DNA of 64,000 nucleotides. It comes from Hyaloraphidium curvatum SAG 235-1 (lineage: Eukaryota; Fungi; Monoblepharomycota). Every line of letters starts with the position of its first letter. Positions within the stretch are counted from its first letter, which is position 1. A program made the translations under genes and the position numbers. The stretch covers positions 682,001 to 746,000 of the forward strand of contig JAIVFI010000005.1 of NCBI GenBank assembly GCA_025558095.1, read 5' to 3'. The notes beneath the pieces are model-generated. The model had not been told where the DNA came from and made no database searches. It saw only the letters and a program-made list of their open reading frames with translations. Positions 12,185-26,500 of the stretch are shown one piece after another.

Positions 12185-12951
12185 ATGTCCACTGATATCT
12201 CCAACCTCAAGAGGTGGGCCGACGAGGGGCGCCCACCGGGTGGAGACAACCGCGCTCACAACCCCACAGTTACGATCCCTTTGCCGACACAGGGGAGGAA
12301 GAGCCCGCTGTTTCCGGCTACATCCGTAAGTCATCTATCGCCAGGCCCTCTGCGAGGAGGCGGGCGGCCGCAGAGAGGCCCTCCCGCCGCGTCGCTGGTG
12401 GGGGTACAGCTGGATGAGAGACTCTCGGTGGAGCGGCCGGACACGGCTTGGAGGACGCGGCCGCGTGCTGCGCTTCCGTCGCCATGAAGATCTGCCAAAA
12501 TGTCATAGTTACACTGACTGTTGCCGATGGGCCGGTTGCGGGGAGCTTGACGACTCGGACACGCGTCAGCTAACGATGCGCCGTCCTCGCAGACATCCGG
12601 ATCCAGCAGCGCAACGGGCGCAAGACCCTGACTACCATTCAGGGTCTTCCGGAGGAGCTGGACCAGAAGAGGATCCTCAAGGCGTTCAAGAAGGTGGGTC
12701 GAGCTCCATTGTCGTACCTGAGCGTTGGCCTAAGGTCGGGGGCCAGGAATTCGCCTGCAACGGCACGATTGTCGACGACGAGGAGCTCGGCGAGTGCATT
12801 CAGCTGCAAGGAGACCACCGCGCCAAGGTGCAGCAGTTCCTGATTTCTGGTGCGTTCTCTCCTGTTGCCGCACTCTGAGTGTCTGAAGCGTTGTATCCGC
12901 TTCGCAGAGGGTATCGCCACCAAGGAGCAGGTCAAACTGCACGGCTTCTAA
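12185..12951 (+). CDS. SUI1: Translation initiation factor eIF1 (5 exons)
   Basis: Spliced product MSTDISNLK/SYDPFAD...YI/HIRIQQRNGRKTLTTIQG...KAFKK/EFACNG...IQLQGDHR...VKLHGF*. Confidence 0.96.
12406..12521 (+). ncRNA. snR63: Intronic box C/D snoRNA, snR63/SNORD46 (U46) orthologue
   Basis: Lies in eIF1 intron 2. Terminal stem ACAG/CTGT, box C-like TGGATGA (12411), box D CTGA (12514-12517) preceded by GTCATAGTTAC, which is antisense to LSU rRNA GUAACUAUGAC. The D+5 rule gives the second A (yeast Am2256). Confidence 0.9.
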
Positions 12952-13296
12952 GCGTGCAGAATTTTGGTGGTTGTGTTCCATGACTTGCTAGCCGTCGGGT
13001 CGCTTTGCTTCGCTTGGTTGGGCCTTTTCTTACCGTGGATGATGAGACGAAGATCAGGGCGTATGAGCATGAATGCTTCTCTGGACATTTCTGGACCTTC
13101 GTTGCCGACCTCTGCGGCGGCATGCCCGGGGGACAGATTAGCACCACGACTAGTTCGCCGGTGACTGGATCTCTGTACAGTAGTCTCAAATGTGACTTTT
13201 CTTTGCAGCCATCTATGTGCAAAGCATCAACCTCGGCAGAGAAGCTCATGGGTATGGCCTCCGAACCCCCCCCCCATCCGCCAACTCCCCCAGCCC

Positions 13297-13332
13297 CGCC
13301 GCGCGACCTGGAATCAGTGAACCAGACTCCGC
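13297..13332 (-). repeat. 36-bp dispersed repeat, copy 1 (possible transposon terminus)
   Basis: Exact reverse complement of 36364-36399. Confidence 0.8.
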
Positions 13333-13342
13333 TTCAACGCCG

Positions 13343-14511
13343 TCAGTACTCGATTGCGTCATCGTCACCGTCGCGATCAAGGGCCATCTCATCATCTTCC
13401 TTCACGTCCTCCTCCTCCTTCACCGTGCGCGACTGCTCCTCAGCCGCGCCACTGTCCGGCTGCTGCTCGGCCGCGCCAGTGTCCAGGTCTCCATTGTCCT
13501 CGCGCTTGACCGTCCGAGCGTCCTCTGTCCGCATCATGTCCAGACCCGCATCACCCGCTTTCACAACGGCGTCGGGGCTGCCCTCGTGGCGGCGGTTCTC
13601 CTCGACGGGTGTTAGAGGCTCCGAGGCCGCCGCGGCGGCCCTTGAAGCCTCCATGCTGACTTCGGCAGCTTTCCTCAGGAGCTCCTCCTTCCGTTTCTCC
13701 AGCATTTGACGGGTCGTGTCATTGTGCTTCGCAGGCAGGTAGGAGATGCTAACGCCCTCGGATGGCGAGGTGACAAGGTAGTTGGCATGCGAAGACAAGT
13801 AAGAAACCTTGAGAGCGACCTGGGACGCGAGGGGTGAGCTAACAACACCCGGACACGATCGAAGTCACTAACGGCAGCGGCATGTCGCCTTTGTTCCTCC
13901 TGCTGGCGTTCCCGCGTGATCCTCTCCCGCTTGTCGGTCTGTTCCTTCTTGACGGTAGCTTCCAGTTCCGCCTTTTCCTTCAGCAACTTCTCCTGCAGCT
14001 TCTTGTCAAGCTCTTCGCGCCTTTTCTCCTGCGGATGTCACCCAGTCAACAAGTCGGGTACTCCCCACAGGCAGAGGTCGCTCACAGCTTCAGTCTTCTT
14101 CGTGAGGTCCTGCTTTGCCTGCCGCAACGTTCCTTGCAGCAGCTGCCCAAAGAGGCGCGAACCCCCCATCGGAGTCCTTCCAAGCGGTTTCCGGCCCGCT
14201 CTCTCCTGCGGCGACGTCTTGGCCCGGTTGTCCGAGCCACCATCGGCGTCAACGGGATGCTCGGCCTCCTTCCCGTTCGGAACCACGGCCTGCGTTTCAG
14301 TGTCCATTTCCACATGGTCTCCCGCGTCCTCTCGGGCTTGGCCGGGTTCCGGGCTCCGCGAAACCACGGCTTCGCCGTTTCGTCGCTTCTTCGGGCTCGA
14401 TTGCTCCCCGGGGTCGTCGCCTCCCCGTTTCAGGTCCTTAACGGAATCCATCGTCTCATCGGCCGGGTCACGAGCTGCCGAGCCTCCCTCGGCCGGAGGA
14501 TCCCCGGCCAT
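13343..14511 (-). CDS. PNN: Pinin/SDK/memA-domain protein, multi-exon
   Basis: SRLFGQLLQGTLRQAK, charged coiled coil, ..ANYLVT..ISYLPAKHNDTT (pinin-domain pattern), acidic tail. Confidence 0.75.
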
Positions 14512-14575
14512 TGTGTTGTTCAGAAGACGGACTACCAAGGCTTCCCGCGATAGTAAACAAATCGACGCCACGACA

Positions 14576-17500
14576 ATGTCGTCCTTCCAAGTCGACATTG
14601 CCCCGGCTCTGCGGAAGCTCGGTGCGATTCTCGGCAGCCCGGTTAAGAATGCGAACGAGCCGGGGCGAACTGCTGGATCCGCTGGCCAGTCGGGCCCGGA
14701 AACTGCGCGTGAACATGCGCTCTACTTGCAGCCTCTCGAGGACGGTGTCCCGTCATTGAGGAACTTTTGGACCTCATCGCGGACAGCGGACAGTGCTCCG
14801 CGGCAGTACCTTTCAACCGTTCTGGAGGCAGTCCGCACGCTCGACGAGGAGCCCCCGAGCAATGCGGCCCGGGAGGCGATTTTGACATCGCTTTCTGAGC
14901 TCATGCTGGAACCAGGGCTCACCATGGACATTGCACGCTTGTTCAGGCCTTTAGTGATTGACCTGGTGGCCCGGTGGACACTACCCGGTGGACACGCTCA
15001 GAGCAGCGGGCAGGACACCGCCCACACCGGCACGCCGTCACCTCCTTGGGCGGGTTTGGGATCTGAAGCAGGTCCACAAGGCAAGCTGGTCGCCTCCGTG
15101 CTTATTGTCGGACCTAATCGCAAGCCACAGGACCTGGGACGACGATGCCGGAACGCGGACGGAAACGAACACGTGACGAAGCGGAGGACGGGTGGAGAAC
15201 AGAAGGCCAAGCGCCATGGGACTCGCCGCAGCTGCTCCGCGTCGAGCGCATTGCCATTGCACTGTGCCAGCTGCTGCCAAATGCTCCCCAAGTTGCAGGG
15301 TTGGTTGTCTGCTGCCTCTGCGCGTTGGCGGAAGGTTCACGCAATGGACAGCTTCGCCACCGCATATCTTTACCGGAGTCCCGATTTCTCCGCGTACGTG
15401 AAGGAAACCATTGCTGCTCTGTCGCGCGCGGATTGGACCGGGCCAGATTCGCTTCGCGAGGTACGTCGTCGAGCATACCAGGTTGCGTGACGTCGGACCT
15501 GATCTAGCTTTCCCCGCGCCACCGGAACAAGTCGCACATCTACGCCGCACGCCGTTTGACCAGGACAATCTTCCGACTCGTGCGGTGGTCATCGGGCTCT
15601 TACGACACTGCTGCTACAAATCTGCGCTGGTCGTCGGTCGTATCGGGACTACTGGCATTCCCGGATAATGAGACGCGTTCCTATGCCGCATGGGCCATTT
15701 CGTTCGCCAACAACCTCTCGGAGGCGCACCGAAAGGAGCTCTTCGCGACGTATCGTGTAGGCCTTGAACCGCAGGAAGGCCGGAATGGGACCTCCTGCTT
15801 CCCACTGTGGGTGTCGTGGGCGCCACCGCTGTGGACTGCGTTCTGACGGGCTGCCTGCCGAAAGGATGGACGAGGAAGATCTCGATTTTTTCAACCGCGC
15901 AGCTTTATCCGCCGAACGAGCGGCGTATGACGCCATGGAATTGGATACAGATGCGCACGGAGCATGCTGGATTACGGCGCGCCACCTGTGTAGCTCTGTG
16001 ATTGACGTCAGCGGCATTCTTCTTTTCCGAGAGCAGCTGCGACATCCGGCAGTGGCTTCGCCGCCCCTTGTTGGCACTGCTTCCACTCGGCGAAACATGC
16101 GTGCCGTCGCCTTGGCGGTATCGCAAGGGAAGCCAGTGCTTCTGCAAGGACCAACGGGCTCCGGCAAGACGGCTCTTGTCGAGGAGCTTGCTCGCCTCAC
16201 GGGCCGCGGGGGTGCGTGGCCCTTTGTTGTTGCAACAATTTGCTGACCCGCCCCACCCGCAGAGCTGATAAAGGTACATCTCGGAGACCAAACCGACTCC
16301 AAGCTGTTGCTGGGAAGCTACTTGACCACCGCGGTTCCGGGCGAGTTTCGGTGGCAGCCCGGCATCCTCACCCAGGCGGTTCAGCGCGGAAGCTGGATTC
16401 TGTTCGAGGATATCAACCGTGCTCCGCCGGACGTCATGACATCGCTACTCTCCTTGCTGGACAGTCGTCGGTTGTTCATCGCGGAACGTGGGGAAACCAT
16501 TCCTGCTCCCCGATCGTTCCAAGTCTTTGGTACCGAGCGAACATTGCGGGTCCCGACCGGGACCCTGCGATCGGCACATGGGAAGGTTGGGGGAGTTGCA
16601 AAGGGAGTCTTTGGGACGTGGACGGCGGTCACCGTGGAGGAGGCCTCGGACGATGAGGTTGCGTCTATTGTGCGGCAACGGTATCCCGAACTCGGCCACT
16701 TGTGGGACACGATGCTGAAGTGCTACTTTGGGGCCATCGGGGCAGGGCGAGAAAGTGGTGAAGGGAAATCCGTACACGCACAGCTTGGGCGCTCCATAAC
16801 GCTGCGTGATCTGATCAAGTGGTGCGATCGCACGAGCAGCGCTGCGACGGGGGACGGCTATCGCGACCCTAGCATGGATTCTGGTTCCGCGATCACGATC
16901 ACATGGGGCGCTCGCCAACGGCTGCTTTCGGATGCCATCGATTGCTTTGTTGCCATGGTGCCTGATGGAGCTCATCGATCACGAATGATCGAGAGACTGT
17001 GCGATGTGCTCCAGGTTCAGGTGCCAAAGGTGGAGCGGGATCCGAGCACGCGAGAGGTTCGCGCGTGGTCTTTGAGCGCTGCGGACATTGGTGGCAGCGC
17101 GCAGGGCACACAACAAGTGGCACCCACCGCTCGCCCTTTTGCCTACACCGGCCTGGCAGTGGCACTGCTACAACGGCTTGCTGCCGGTGTGAGGCATAGG
17201 GAGCCGCTACTTCTCGTGGGGGAGACGGGGGCGGGCAAGACGACGGTCGTTCAGCATCTCGCGGAGCTGGCAAACAGGAAGCTGGTGGTAATCAACATGA
17301 GTCAGCAGAGTGATTCGTCCGATCTTTTGGGAGGATTCAAGCCCGTGGAAATGAGGACCGTGATGGCGCCAATCAAGGACCAATTCGACGTGCTTTTCGA
17401 GCGGACGTTCCCGCTCAAGAGCAATGCGCCTTTCCTCAATTCTTTGCGGAAAGTTTACACCAAGAGGAAATGGGACAAGGTCCTTTCCGCGTTCACTACC

Positions 17501-20500
17501 GCTTGCCAAATGGCCCGGAAGGCCCTGAACAAGCCGAGAGCGACGACGAGCCCTGGGGTTGACGAGTCTGGCTCGGGGCAGCGGCCGGTGAAGAGGAACC
17601 GCGAGTTGTCTGCGGCGGGAATGGGATCCGGCCCGGACGTCGAGCTTGAGCGCGACGCGCGGATGGAAGAGTGGGATTCGTTTGGCGATCAGGTCGCGGC
17701 TTTGGCACGGCAGTACGATAAACTGCGGACTGGCGTGATGTTCTCTTTCGTTGAAGGACTCTTAGTCAAGGCCGTGCGTGAAGGTCATTGGATACTGCTG
17801 GACGAAGTCAACCTTGCGTCTGCCGAGACTTTGGAATCGCTTTCGGGGCTTTTGCAGGCTTCGCACGAATCCTTGTTGTTGACGGAAAAGGGCGACATCG
17901 AACCCGTTCCCCGGCATCCGGACTTTCGCCTTTTTGCTTGCATGAACCCTGCCACGGATGTCGGCAAGAGAGACCTTCCGCCGGGTCTGAGGGGCAGGTT
18001 CACCGAGATCTTTGTCGAATCCCCGGAAGGCGATCGGGAAGACCTCCTCCTGATTGCGGAACGGTACTTGAAAACCGTAGCCGGATCGGACGCCGGAGTT
18101 TGCGGGAATGTGGTTGATTTGTTCCACGAGCTCATGACCCTCGCCGCCAGCCGCCTATACGATGGATCCGGTCACCGACCTCATTTCACCCTTCGTACAT
18201 TGACGAGGGCGCTGTCGTTTGCCGCGAACTTGGCGTCGACGTACAGCTTGAGGCGCGCATTGTATGAAGGCTTCGGGCTGACTTTTTCGACCGCCTTGGA
18301 CATGCCTTCCCAGGAGATCATGGAGGAGGCTGTGTTTCGGCACCTTTTGGGCGGGATTCGGGATCCCAGGAGTTACGTCGGTCAGGCCCCGAAGAGGCCA
18401 GAGGGTGCTTCGGATTCATACGAGCTCTTTCAAACGTTCTGGGTGGAACGAGGCGCCACCGCGGGCAGGGCTCCGGCTGCGGATCTGGAGCACTACATCC
18501 TGACGCCGTCTGTCAACGCCAAGCTAAAAAACCTCGCTCGGGCGGTGCTCAACCGGAGGTTTCCGGTCCTCATACAGGGTCCGACTTCCAGCGGGAAGAC
18601 GAGCATGATCGAGTATCTTGCGCGGCGAACAGGGCACAAGTTTGTTCGGATCAACAACCACGAGCACACCGACATCCAGGAGTATCTGGGCAGCTACGTC
18701 TCGGACAGCGAAGGCGGGCTTGTCTTCCGTGAGGGCGTACTGGTCGATGCCGTTCGGAACGGATACTGGGTCGTTCTGGACGAGCTCAATCTGGCGCCCA
18801 GCGACGTTTTGGAAGCCCTCAACAGACTGCTCGACGACAACCGCGAGCTGCTGATCCCGGAGACCCAGGAGCTGATCAAGCCGCATCCGCACTTCATGCT
18901 TTTTGCCACACAGAACCCGACAGGAATATACGGAGGTCGGAAGGCGCTGTCTCGTGCTTTTCGGAACCGCTTTTTGGAGATGCATTTCGAGGACATCCCG
19001 CAGTCGGAACTGGAACACATCCTGGAGCAGAGATGCAAACTAGCACCCTCCTACTGCAAGAAGCTCGTCAACGTGTTTCGCGAGCTGCAGGACCGGCGTT
19101 CAAGCTCGCGCGTCTTTGAGGGGAAGGATGGCTACATCACCCTCAGAGATTTGTTCAAGTGGGCGATGCGGGGCGCTGTCGGGTACCAGGAGCTTGCAGA
19201 GAACGGTTACATGATCTTGGCCGAACGGGTGCGCGCTGCGGATGAGAAGGCTATTGTGAAGCAGATCCTCGAACGGGAGTGCAGGGTCAAGATCGATGAG
19301 CAAGCTCTCTACGGCACCGACAGCTTGGCCGTGTCGGTTGGCTCGAGCAGCGGCATCGTGTGGACGAAGGCCATGCAGCGGCTCGCTGTCTTGGTCTCTC
19401 GGTGCCTGGAGAACAAAGAACCGGTGCTCTTGGTCGGCGACACGGGCTGCGGCAAGACTACCGTATGCGAGGTGCTCGCATCAGTAACGGGTCGTCGGCT
19501 ACACATCGTCAATTGCCAGCAGCACACCGAGACGTCCGACTTCCTCGGAAGTCAGCGGCCCGTCAGGGATAGGGCGCATCTGCTGAAAGAGTTTCAGAGC
19601 CGGCTCCTTCAGTTTGTCGCGAGCTTGCCGGAAGGAACAATGCCGTCTCCGCAGCTCCTTGAGGATTCTGCGGTGGACCCGGAAATAGCCGTCCGTCTTT
19701 TCGCGGAGCACAAGGACCGACTGGCAAAGGCTTTGCCGCCGGAAAGCTTGGTCGACTTCGGCGAGATTGCTGCCTTGTACGCCAAGGCGCGGGCTCTTTT
19801 CGAGTGGCACGATGGCCCGCTTGTGCAGGCCATGAAAGATGGCGATTTCTTCCTGGTCGATGAGATATCGCTTGCCGAGGATTCGGTCTTGGAAAGGCTC
19901 AACAGCGTGTTGGAACCTGGGCGCAGTCTTGTGCTGGCGGAAAAGGGAGGCTCTGGAGCTGCATCTCTAGTTGCGCACGAGGACTTCCGCATCCTCGCGA
20001 CTATGAACCCCGGAGGGGACTTTGGCAAGAAGGAGCTTTCGCCTGCGTTGCGCAACCGGTTCACGGAGATTTGGGTACCGCCGGTGGACGAGCGCGAAGA
20101 TGTTCTTGCCATCCTCCAAGCACGCTTCGCCAAGGAACCATTTCATTCGGAGTTGGTTGAGTTCCCCCGTCGGATGCTCGATTTCCTTGGGTGGTTGAGC
20201 GCCGAGCTGGAACGACGTACGGGCTCGCAGAGAACGTTTTACAGCCTCCGCGACCTCCTCTCTTGGGCGGACTTTGTGGTGCACTTGGCACCGCGGCTCG
20301 GTCCCGAAGCAAGTCTTGGCCATGGCCTTTGCATGGTTTTCCTCGACGGTCTGCAGGTGAATCCTTCGTTGGGAATGGTCGGGGCCTCCGCCGACGAGAT
20401 TCGCGACCTTCGGCTGCAAGCTCTGTCGGCTCTGTCCGCTTCCCCGGTTTCTGTCGATCCCGATGCGGAGGAGAGCATCCTGCGAGGTTTCGTTCTGCGG

Positions 20501-23500
20501 GGCTCCGAGATTGGCATTGAGCCTTTCTTCATTGAACGAGGCCCGGAGCCGCGGGACGCTCTGGGCTTTCAGTTGGACGTTCCCACCACAGCGAACAACC
20601 TCCGGCGCGTGCTGCGGGGTCTGCAGTTGCATCGTCCGGTGCTGATGGAAGGAAGCCCCGGCGTGGGGAAGACGAGCCTCATTCTACAGCTTGCGCGATT
20701 GGCTGGGAGGGAGGTCGTTCGCATAAACCTGTCGGAGCAAACGGATTTGATGGACCTGTTTGGCAGTGACCTGCCGGTGGAAGGCGGTGCTCCGGGTCAG
20801 TTTGCTTGGAAAGCCGGACCTTTTCTGGTTGCGATGGAGCGGGGACATTGGGTTCTTTTGGACGAGCTAAACTTGGCTTCCCAGACCGTTTTGGAGGGCC
20901 TGAATTCTTGCTTGGACCACCGTTCCAGCGTTTACATTCCCGAGCTTGACCGGACGTTTCATTGCGCGCCGGGCTTCAGAGTTTTCGCTGCCCAGAACCC
21001 TCACAGACAAGGGGGTGGTAGGAAGGGCCTGCCACGTTCGTTTGTGAACCGATTCGTGCCGGTTCATCTGGACGAGTTGGATGCGAACGACTTGAAGCTC
21101 ATCTGCACGTCCCTGTACCGCACCCTGGCTCCGGACCTCGTTGCAAATGTGGTTGCGTGCAACCTTGCTGTTCACCGCCGGGTGGTTCTCGAACGATCGT
21201 TCGCGCATCATGGCCAGCCTTGGGACTTTAACCTGCGGGATGTGTTTCGCTGGTTGGAGCTCGCGCGGGACGGTGTTGCTTTGCGGAAGGCAGCAGACTT
21301 AGTCTACGTGCGGAGGATGCGAACCAAAGGGGATCGTGCTGTCATGAAGCAGATTCTGGCGTCCTTCGGCTTCGCAGACGACGCGCGAGAAGCCGAGCGG
21401 TTGTGTCTGAAGGTCACGGATCGCGAGGTTTCGCTCGGGGACGCTCGGCTTCAGCGTGAAGGACGTTCCATTGAGCCTCACACCGCCGCGGAGGCGCGCT
21501 TGCGCCCTCTCTGCGGCCACTTGCCGGCGTTGGAGGCTCTGATGAAGGCCGTCCAAATGGGATGGCTGGCCATGGTGAGCGGCCCACAGGGTTCTGGAAA
21601 GACTTCACTCGTAAGGTTGCTGGCCCAATTGTGCGGGAAGGAGCTCGTGGAGTTCGCGATGAGCAGCTCTGTGGATACAATGGAGCTCGTCGGTGGCTAC
21701 GAGCAGGTCGATCTGCGCCGGGAGCTGAGCACGGTGGCAGAAACAATGGGCTCCGTCGTGCGCGACTACATGGACGAGCATGCGATCCGCTTGGACTCTG
21801 TGACCATTTGGAAAGACATGCAAATGGTGCGATCTCGGCTCTCGTGGGATTTGGCCCAAGAAACCGTTGGTGCAGCCGTAGATTCGATGATCTCGGAGCT
21901 CAGGAAGATGGTTTCCGTGCTCTCGACGCTGAATGGCATGGAAGACAGCAGTTTTCGACTCGCGGCGCTTCAGCAAGCGTCGAGCGAGCTGGACCGGCTA
22001 AGGAAGATGAGTGGCGGGTCAGTTGGAGCTTTCGAGTGGACTGATGGCGTCCTGGTTCGCGCCGTCGAAGAGGGGCACTGGATGCTGCTGGACAACGCCA
22101 ACCTTTGCAGTCCTTCGGTGCTGGATCGCCTCAACTCGCTCCTCGAGCCCGGCGGTTCCTTGATTCTGAACGAATGCGGCACTGTGGACGGTGCGGTCCG
22201 CTCCGTAGCTCCGCATCCGAACTTCCGCCTCTTCATGACCATGGATCCCGCGGCGGGTGAGGTGTCGCGTGCCATGCGCAATCGAGGCATCGAGATTGCC
22301 CTTTTGGGAAGCGACGTGCTTGAGAACCCCGCGGACCTGGTACGCGTTGCCATATCGCGTGGACTCGAGTGCGGGCTTGCAGATGCCACAGCTGCGAGTT
22401 CAGTGGGCTATGCTGCAAATGTCGATGGGCAGGTGACACTGCGCCAGTCTGCGGACTATGCTCGAGCAGCGCTCGAGCGATGCCAGCGCGGCCTCGACTC
22501 CGGCCTTGTCGCCGAACTGATGCTCGAACTCGTCCGGGAACCCGATGTGTATGGTCTGCAGGATTCGTTCCGCGAGCTGGGCATCGGATGGCCTTTCCTT
22601 CCGACCATCGATCTTATCCTTCACGAATCTCATGTGGCCTTGAGCTTGGAGCTGTCTGCGGCTTTCCTTTGGCTGGGCGCACGGCATGGCGTGCTTACAG
22701 ACGAGGCTCGGAAGGAGACGAACCTACTCATGCTGCGCTGGGGAGCCCTGTGCGTTGCCGCGCAGTCAAAACGTTGGGGTGTGATCGGGATGGCGAAGGC
22801 TACTCTGAGGAGGTTCATGGCCAGTTACGGCGGCTTGGACGGCCATGCGAACGAGGTGCTCGATCGTTGCTACACCCTCTTGGAGACGCTGCAAGGACCC
22901 GATTTCGACACACAAGATCCGCGCGGCTTTCTCGAACTTGCACGGCATGCATCCGCAGGTGTCGAACTACAAGGGGAGTCAGCGGCTGCAGAGGATGTCA
23001 GCATGTCAATGTTTCGGCAGTCCCATCTTCTGCGGGCGGGAGACCTTATTCTCGCCGAAGTGGAGCATCCGGCCATCGCTCACATTGCCGAGGTCCTGGA
23101 AAGCCTTCACACGTTCATCGGCCACGTGAAGAACATGGTGGGTCAGTCGATATTCCCATTTGCAGGCGCCATTGACCATTTGGAACAGGGCGCCTGGTTT
23201 CGCTTGTGGGACCGGTTTTGGCGGATAGCACGAGGACCGCGGACCGGCTTCCGGGAGAACGAAATGGCCGTCTTGCTGCGGAAGATCTCGAAGGATTTGT
23301 CCAAGGCGGAGTTGATTTCTTCTGAGGAGCTGCAGTCGGCGGGACAGCTGCAAAATGCCGTCGACAGAATGGCGTCCAGGCTGCAAATTGACTACTTGCC
23401 AGCCATGGTTGCGTTTTGGGAAGCTGGGCATGCTCCGCCCATGCGTTCTCGTGCTGCGTCGGACCTCGAGCATGAGTTTCTTCGGATCGATGAAGCGCTT

Positions 23501-26500
23501 CGTTTGCCGAGAACTGCTTCAGGTAAGGCGCACTGACACGGTTTCCTCGAATGCTGGGCCATTGACTTTGCTGCGTTCAGACTGGGAACACTGCGTCGGC
23601 GCTTTGTGCGATGCAAGCACCAAGCGCGTATTGTGCGACGGACTTGCGTCTCTGTATTCTCTTGACCGTGTTAGCGACGCCGGCAAAGAGGATCTGTCAT
23701 GGATTGAGGCTGGCCTCCCGGTGGGTCGGGTTCCGGTTCGTTGGTTTCGCGAGCTGACATCGAACCGCGGTCTAGCTCGTGCGCAAGGCCATTTCGGAAG
23801 AACCAAGCGCCGATCAACGCCGAGATGCTGCATCACGGTTGCTATCTTGGCCGTTGCTGGACTTGGTGGTCCTTCGCGATCGCAGTGCCTTGCTGCGCTG
23901 GGTGCTCGCAACCGACGCGGTGGGGAAATTCGGGATAGCGTGCCGCCGCAGTTTCTGATCTACATTGTAGCGTTCGGCGGACGACAAGGCGATTCTGGCT
24001 GGGCACCTCAAGCTGCACATCGCCAGGGAACTGGGCCTTTCTTCGTTTTCGTTCGTTGACAGCGCAAGGCTCCTTCAGGTCGTATGGTCACTTGAATCCG
24101 CAGGCAAGTCCTTCGCAGTTCTGCGAAGCGGGCGGATCTGATCGTGGACCCCATTCACAGACAACGACTTGACCGCTTTGGCTGACCTACGGCACGATCT
24201 TGTTCTCGGATGGCTTCGCGCTTTGTGGGAAGGTGCCTTCAACGCTCGCCAGGACGGGAGCAGCAACACGGATACGGTGGTTCGTTACTCGTGTAGGTGA
24301 CTTATCAATCGTGCTGACACGTGCATCCGCATCATCCTCCAGGGACGACACCAGACGCACGTTCGCGGGCCACCACATGTCTACGGTGCTGCGTTCGTGC
24401 ACCATGTCAACCACCTTCTGTTGGTTTTCGTTATTCGATGACACGCGAGATTGTTCTGACATCTGTGAATACCGCAGGCAGCGAGTGCAGAACGCGCCGA
24501 TGGAGGATCTCTTGGCCATGCGGCATGCCTTCGACGCTGCAAAGGTCGGACTGGCCACTGCAGTGACGTCCGTGCACGACATGCATCTGGCCGAAATGGA
24601 CTTGCTAGCCTCTTGCGCCTCCCAGGTACGCAATCACAGCATGAGAAACGCCCGGATAACATTGTTGATCTCGTCACCGCAATTCAGGTTCTCGACTGTT
24701 GTGCTCAGTTCCCAAAGTTTGATCGCGGCTTGCTGAACGGGCTGCGAGACAACCTTGAGCGGAGCAGCTCCGCGTTTCGTCTGTTCCAAAGTTGCGGATC
24801 ACTCCTCGATCCTATAATCCAACCGCTCCCCGAGGACTGGCGTATTTTGTGCGGAGATCCCTGGCTTGCCGTTGCTGTTGAAGGCGTCACGTCTGCCGTA
24901 ACCCTGCTGGCCGGGATGGACGCCGCAGAGGAGGAAACCAGGATGGAAAGAGGCTCGTGCTGGATTCTCCTCGCCCTCGCAATCCTGCGGTTCATCGTGC
25001 CCATGATCCCCGTGGACCCTGCGTCCGACGCTTCTATGGAGTGCGCGCTGTTGGAGGACGAACTGGTGGACCTTCGGGCGCGCAAGGGTCTTGCGGATCT
25101 GGACGTCCTTCTTGGCAGCAAGACCACCGTTGGAATCGCAGTCTCCGATATCGACGTGGAGCACATCAGCAACGCCTTTGATGCAGCAAGGAGGCGAGCC
25201 CCTTTGCGTCCCCCAAGATCCGTCCTAGCGCAGATGTTTCAGGACCTCAGGAGCTTTGGGCTGGAGTTTCTCGGTCGTTCGCCCGACCATTCGAGGATCC
25301 TCATTTTGCGGAGCGCTCTTTTGAATTTCGTTGCCGAAGGCACCGCAGCATCGGCGGAGGTGTCGGTGATGCAGGACATGCTCGATCGCGTCTGTGATCG
25401 GCTCTCGGCGTACAGCGATTGCCGGGACGTGGTGGACCCGGTGCGGGCGCATGTCTTGTGGCTGAAGCATGGCCTCGCTTTGCTTGCATCGGCTCCTGCA
25501 CTTCGTCGGTCTGCAGAAGAGCGCGGACCGTTCCGTTGGATGCGTTTCCCCTCTGTTCAAGACCACGAGCCGCTCGATTCTGGCAGATTGGCCGAACCTC
25601 GTGACTTTGATCGCACACTGCTCTTCAACACTGTGGCTGCGTACCGCATGGTAGCGGCTTACCGTGGCGAACCCATTGCATTGCTTGGTGCACTGCATAC
25701 GCTGCTGGGTTCCACGGCCGACATTTGCATTGCAAACGAGGCACGAGACAGGGAAGCTGAAGGGGCCAAAGACGGCTCAATCTACCGTTACAGAGAAGAC
25801 GCGGCCGGAGACGACGAGAAAGTCCGAGAACTTTTTCCTGACTACGCGGTCGACGTGAAGGACTTGGCTGACCAGGACGTCGCTGCCGGCAATGTCCAAA
25901 GTGGCGATCCAACAGTGAATGGCACGGGTGCTCGGCGTTCGACCGGGCAGCCCGACAACTACTGGGAACTTGCTGCCGTTCATTCTCTGGCCATTGGAAT
26001 CGCCTCGGGTCGCCAGGGCGATGCGCATCTGAAGCCATTGGTGGTCCCTTCGGAAGTTGCGGCATTTGGTGTCGGCCTCTCTGCTTTCTCCGTCGCGCTA
26101 GGAGACACAGAGGACCCGATTCTCCTGCCTGCATCGGTGGATCGAGACTGCTTCTACGGTCTGTGTCTTGCTGTGGCCGATGGTGCGGTGAAGATAGGTG
26201 CGAATGGCGGGCTGGGCGGGGAGCCGCTGCCTTCGCTTGGGGAGGCGCTCGGACGCCCACACAACTTCTATGAAGATCCCAACGTCGCAGAAGCTAGACT
26301 TGCACTCGAACCTTTGGTTTCCTTACGCACAAGAGTACGCGATCTCCTGGCCACGTGGCCGGACCACGCTGTGCTCCTCGACTTGGACCGAATCTGTGGT
26401 CGCGTGGCATCGTTTGCCTTGTCTGCACCCGTCATGAAGTTCTTGACGGGTTTCGAGCTAATTCTGCGCAAATGTGACGATTGGGAATCGTACGCCAGCC

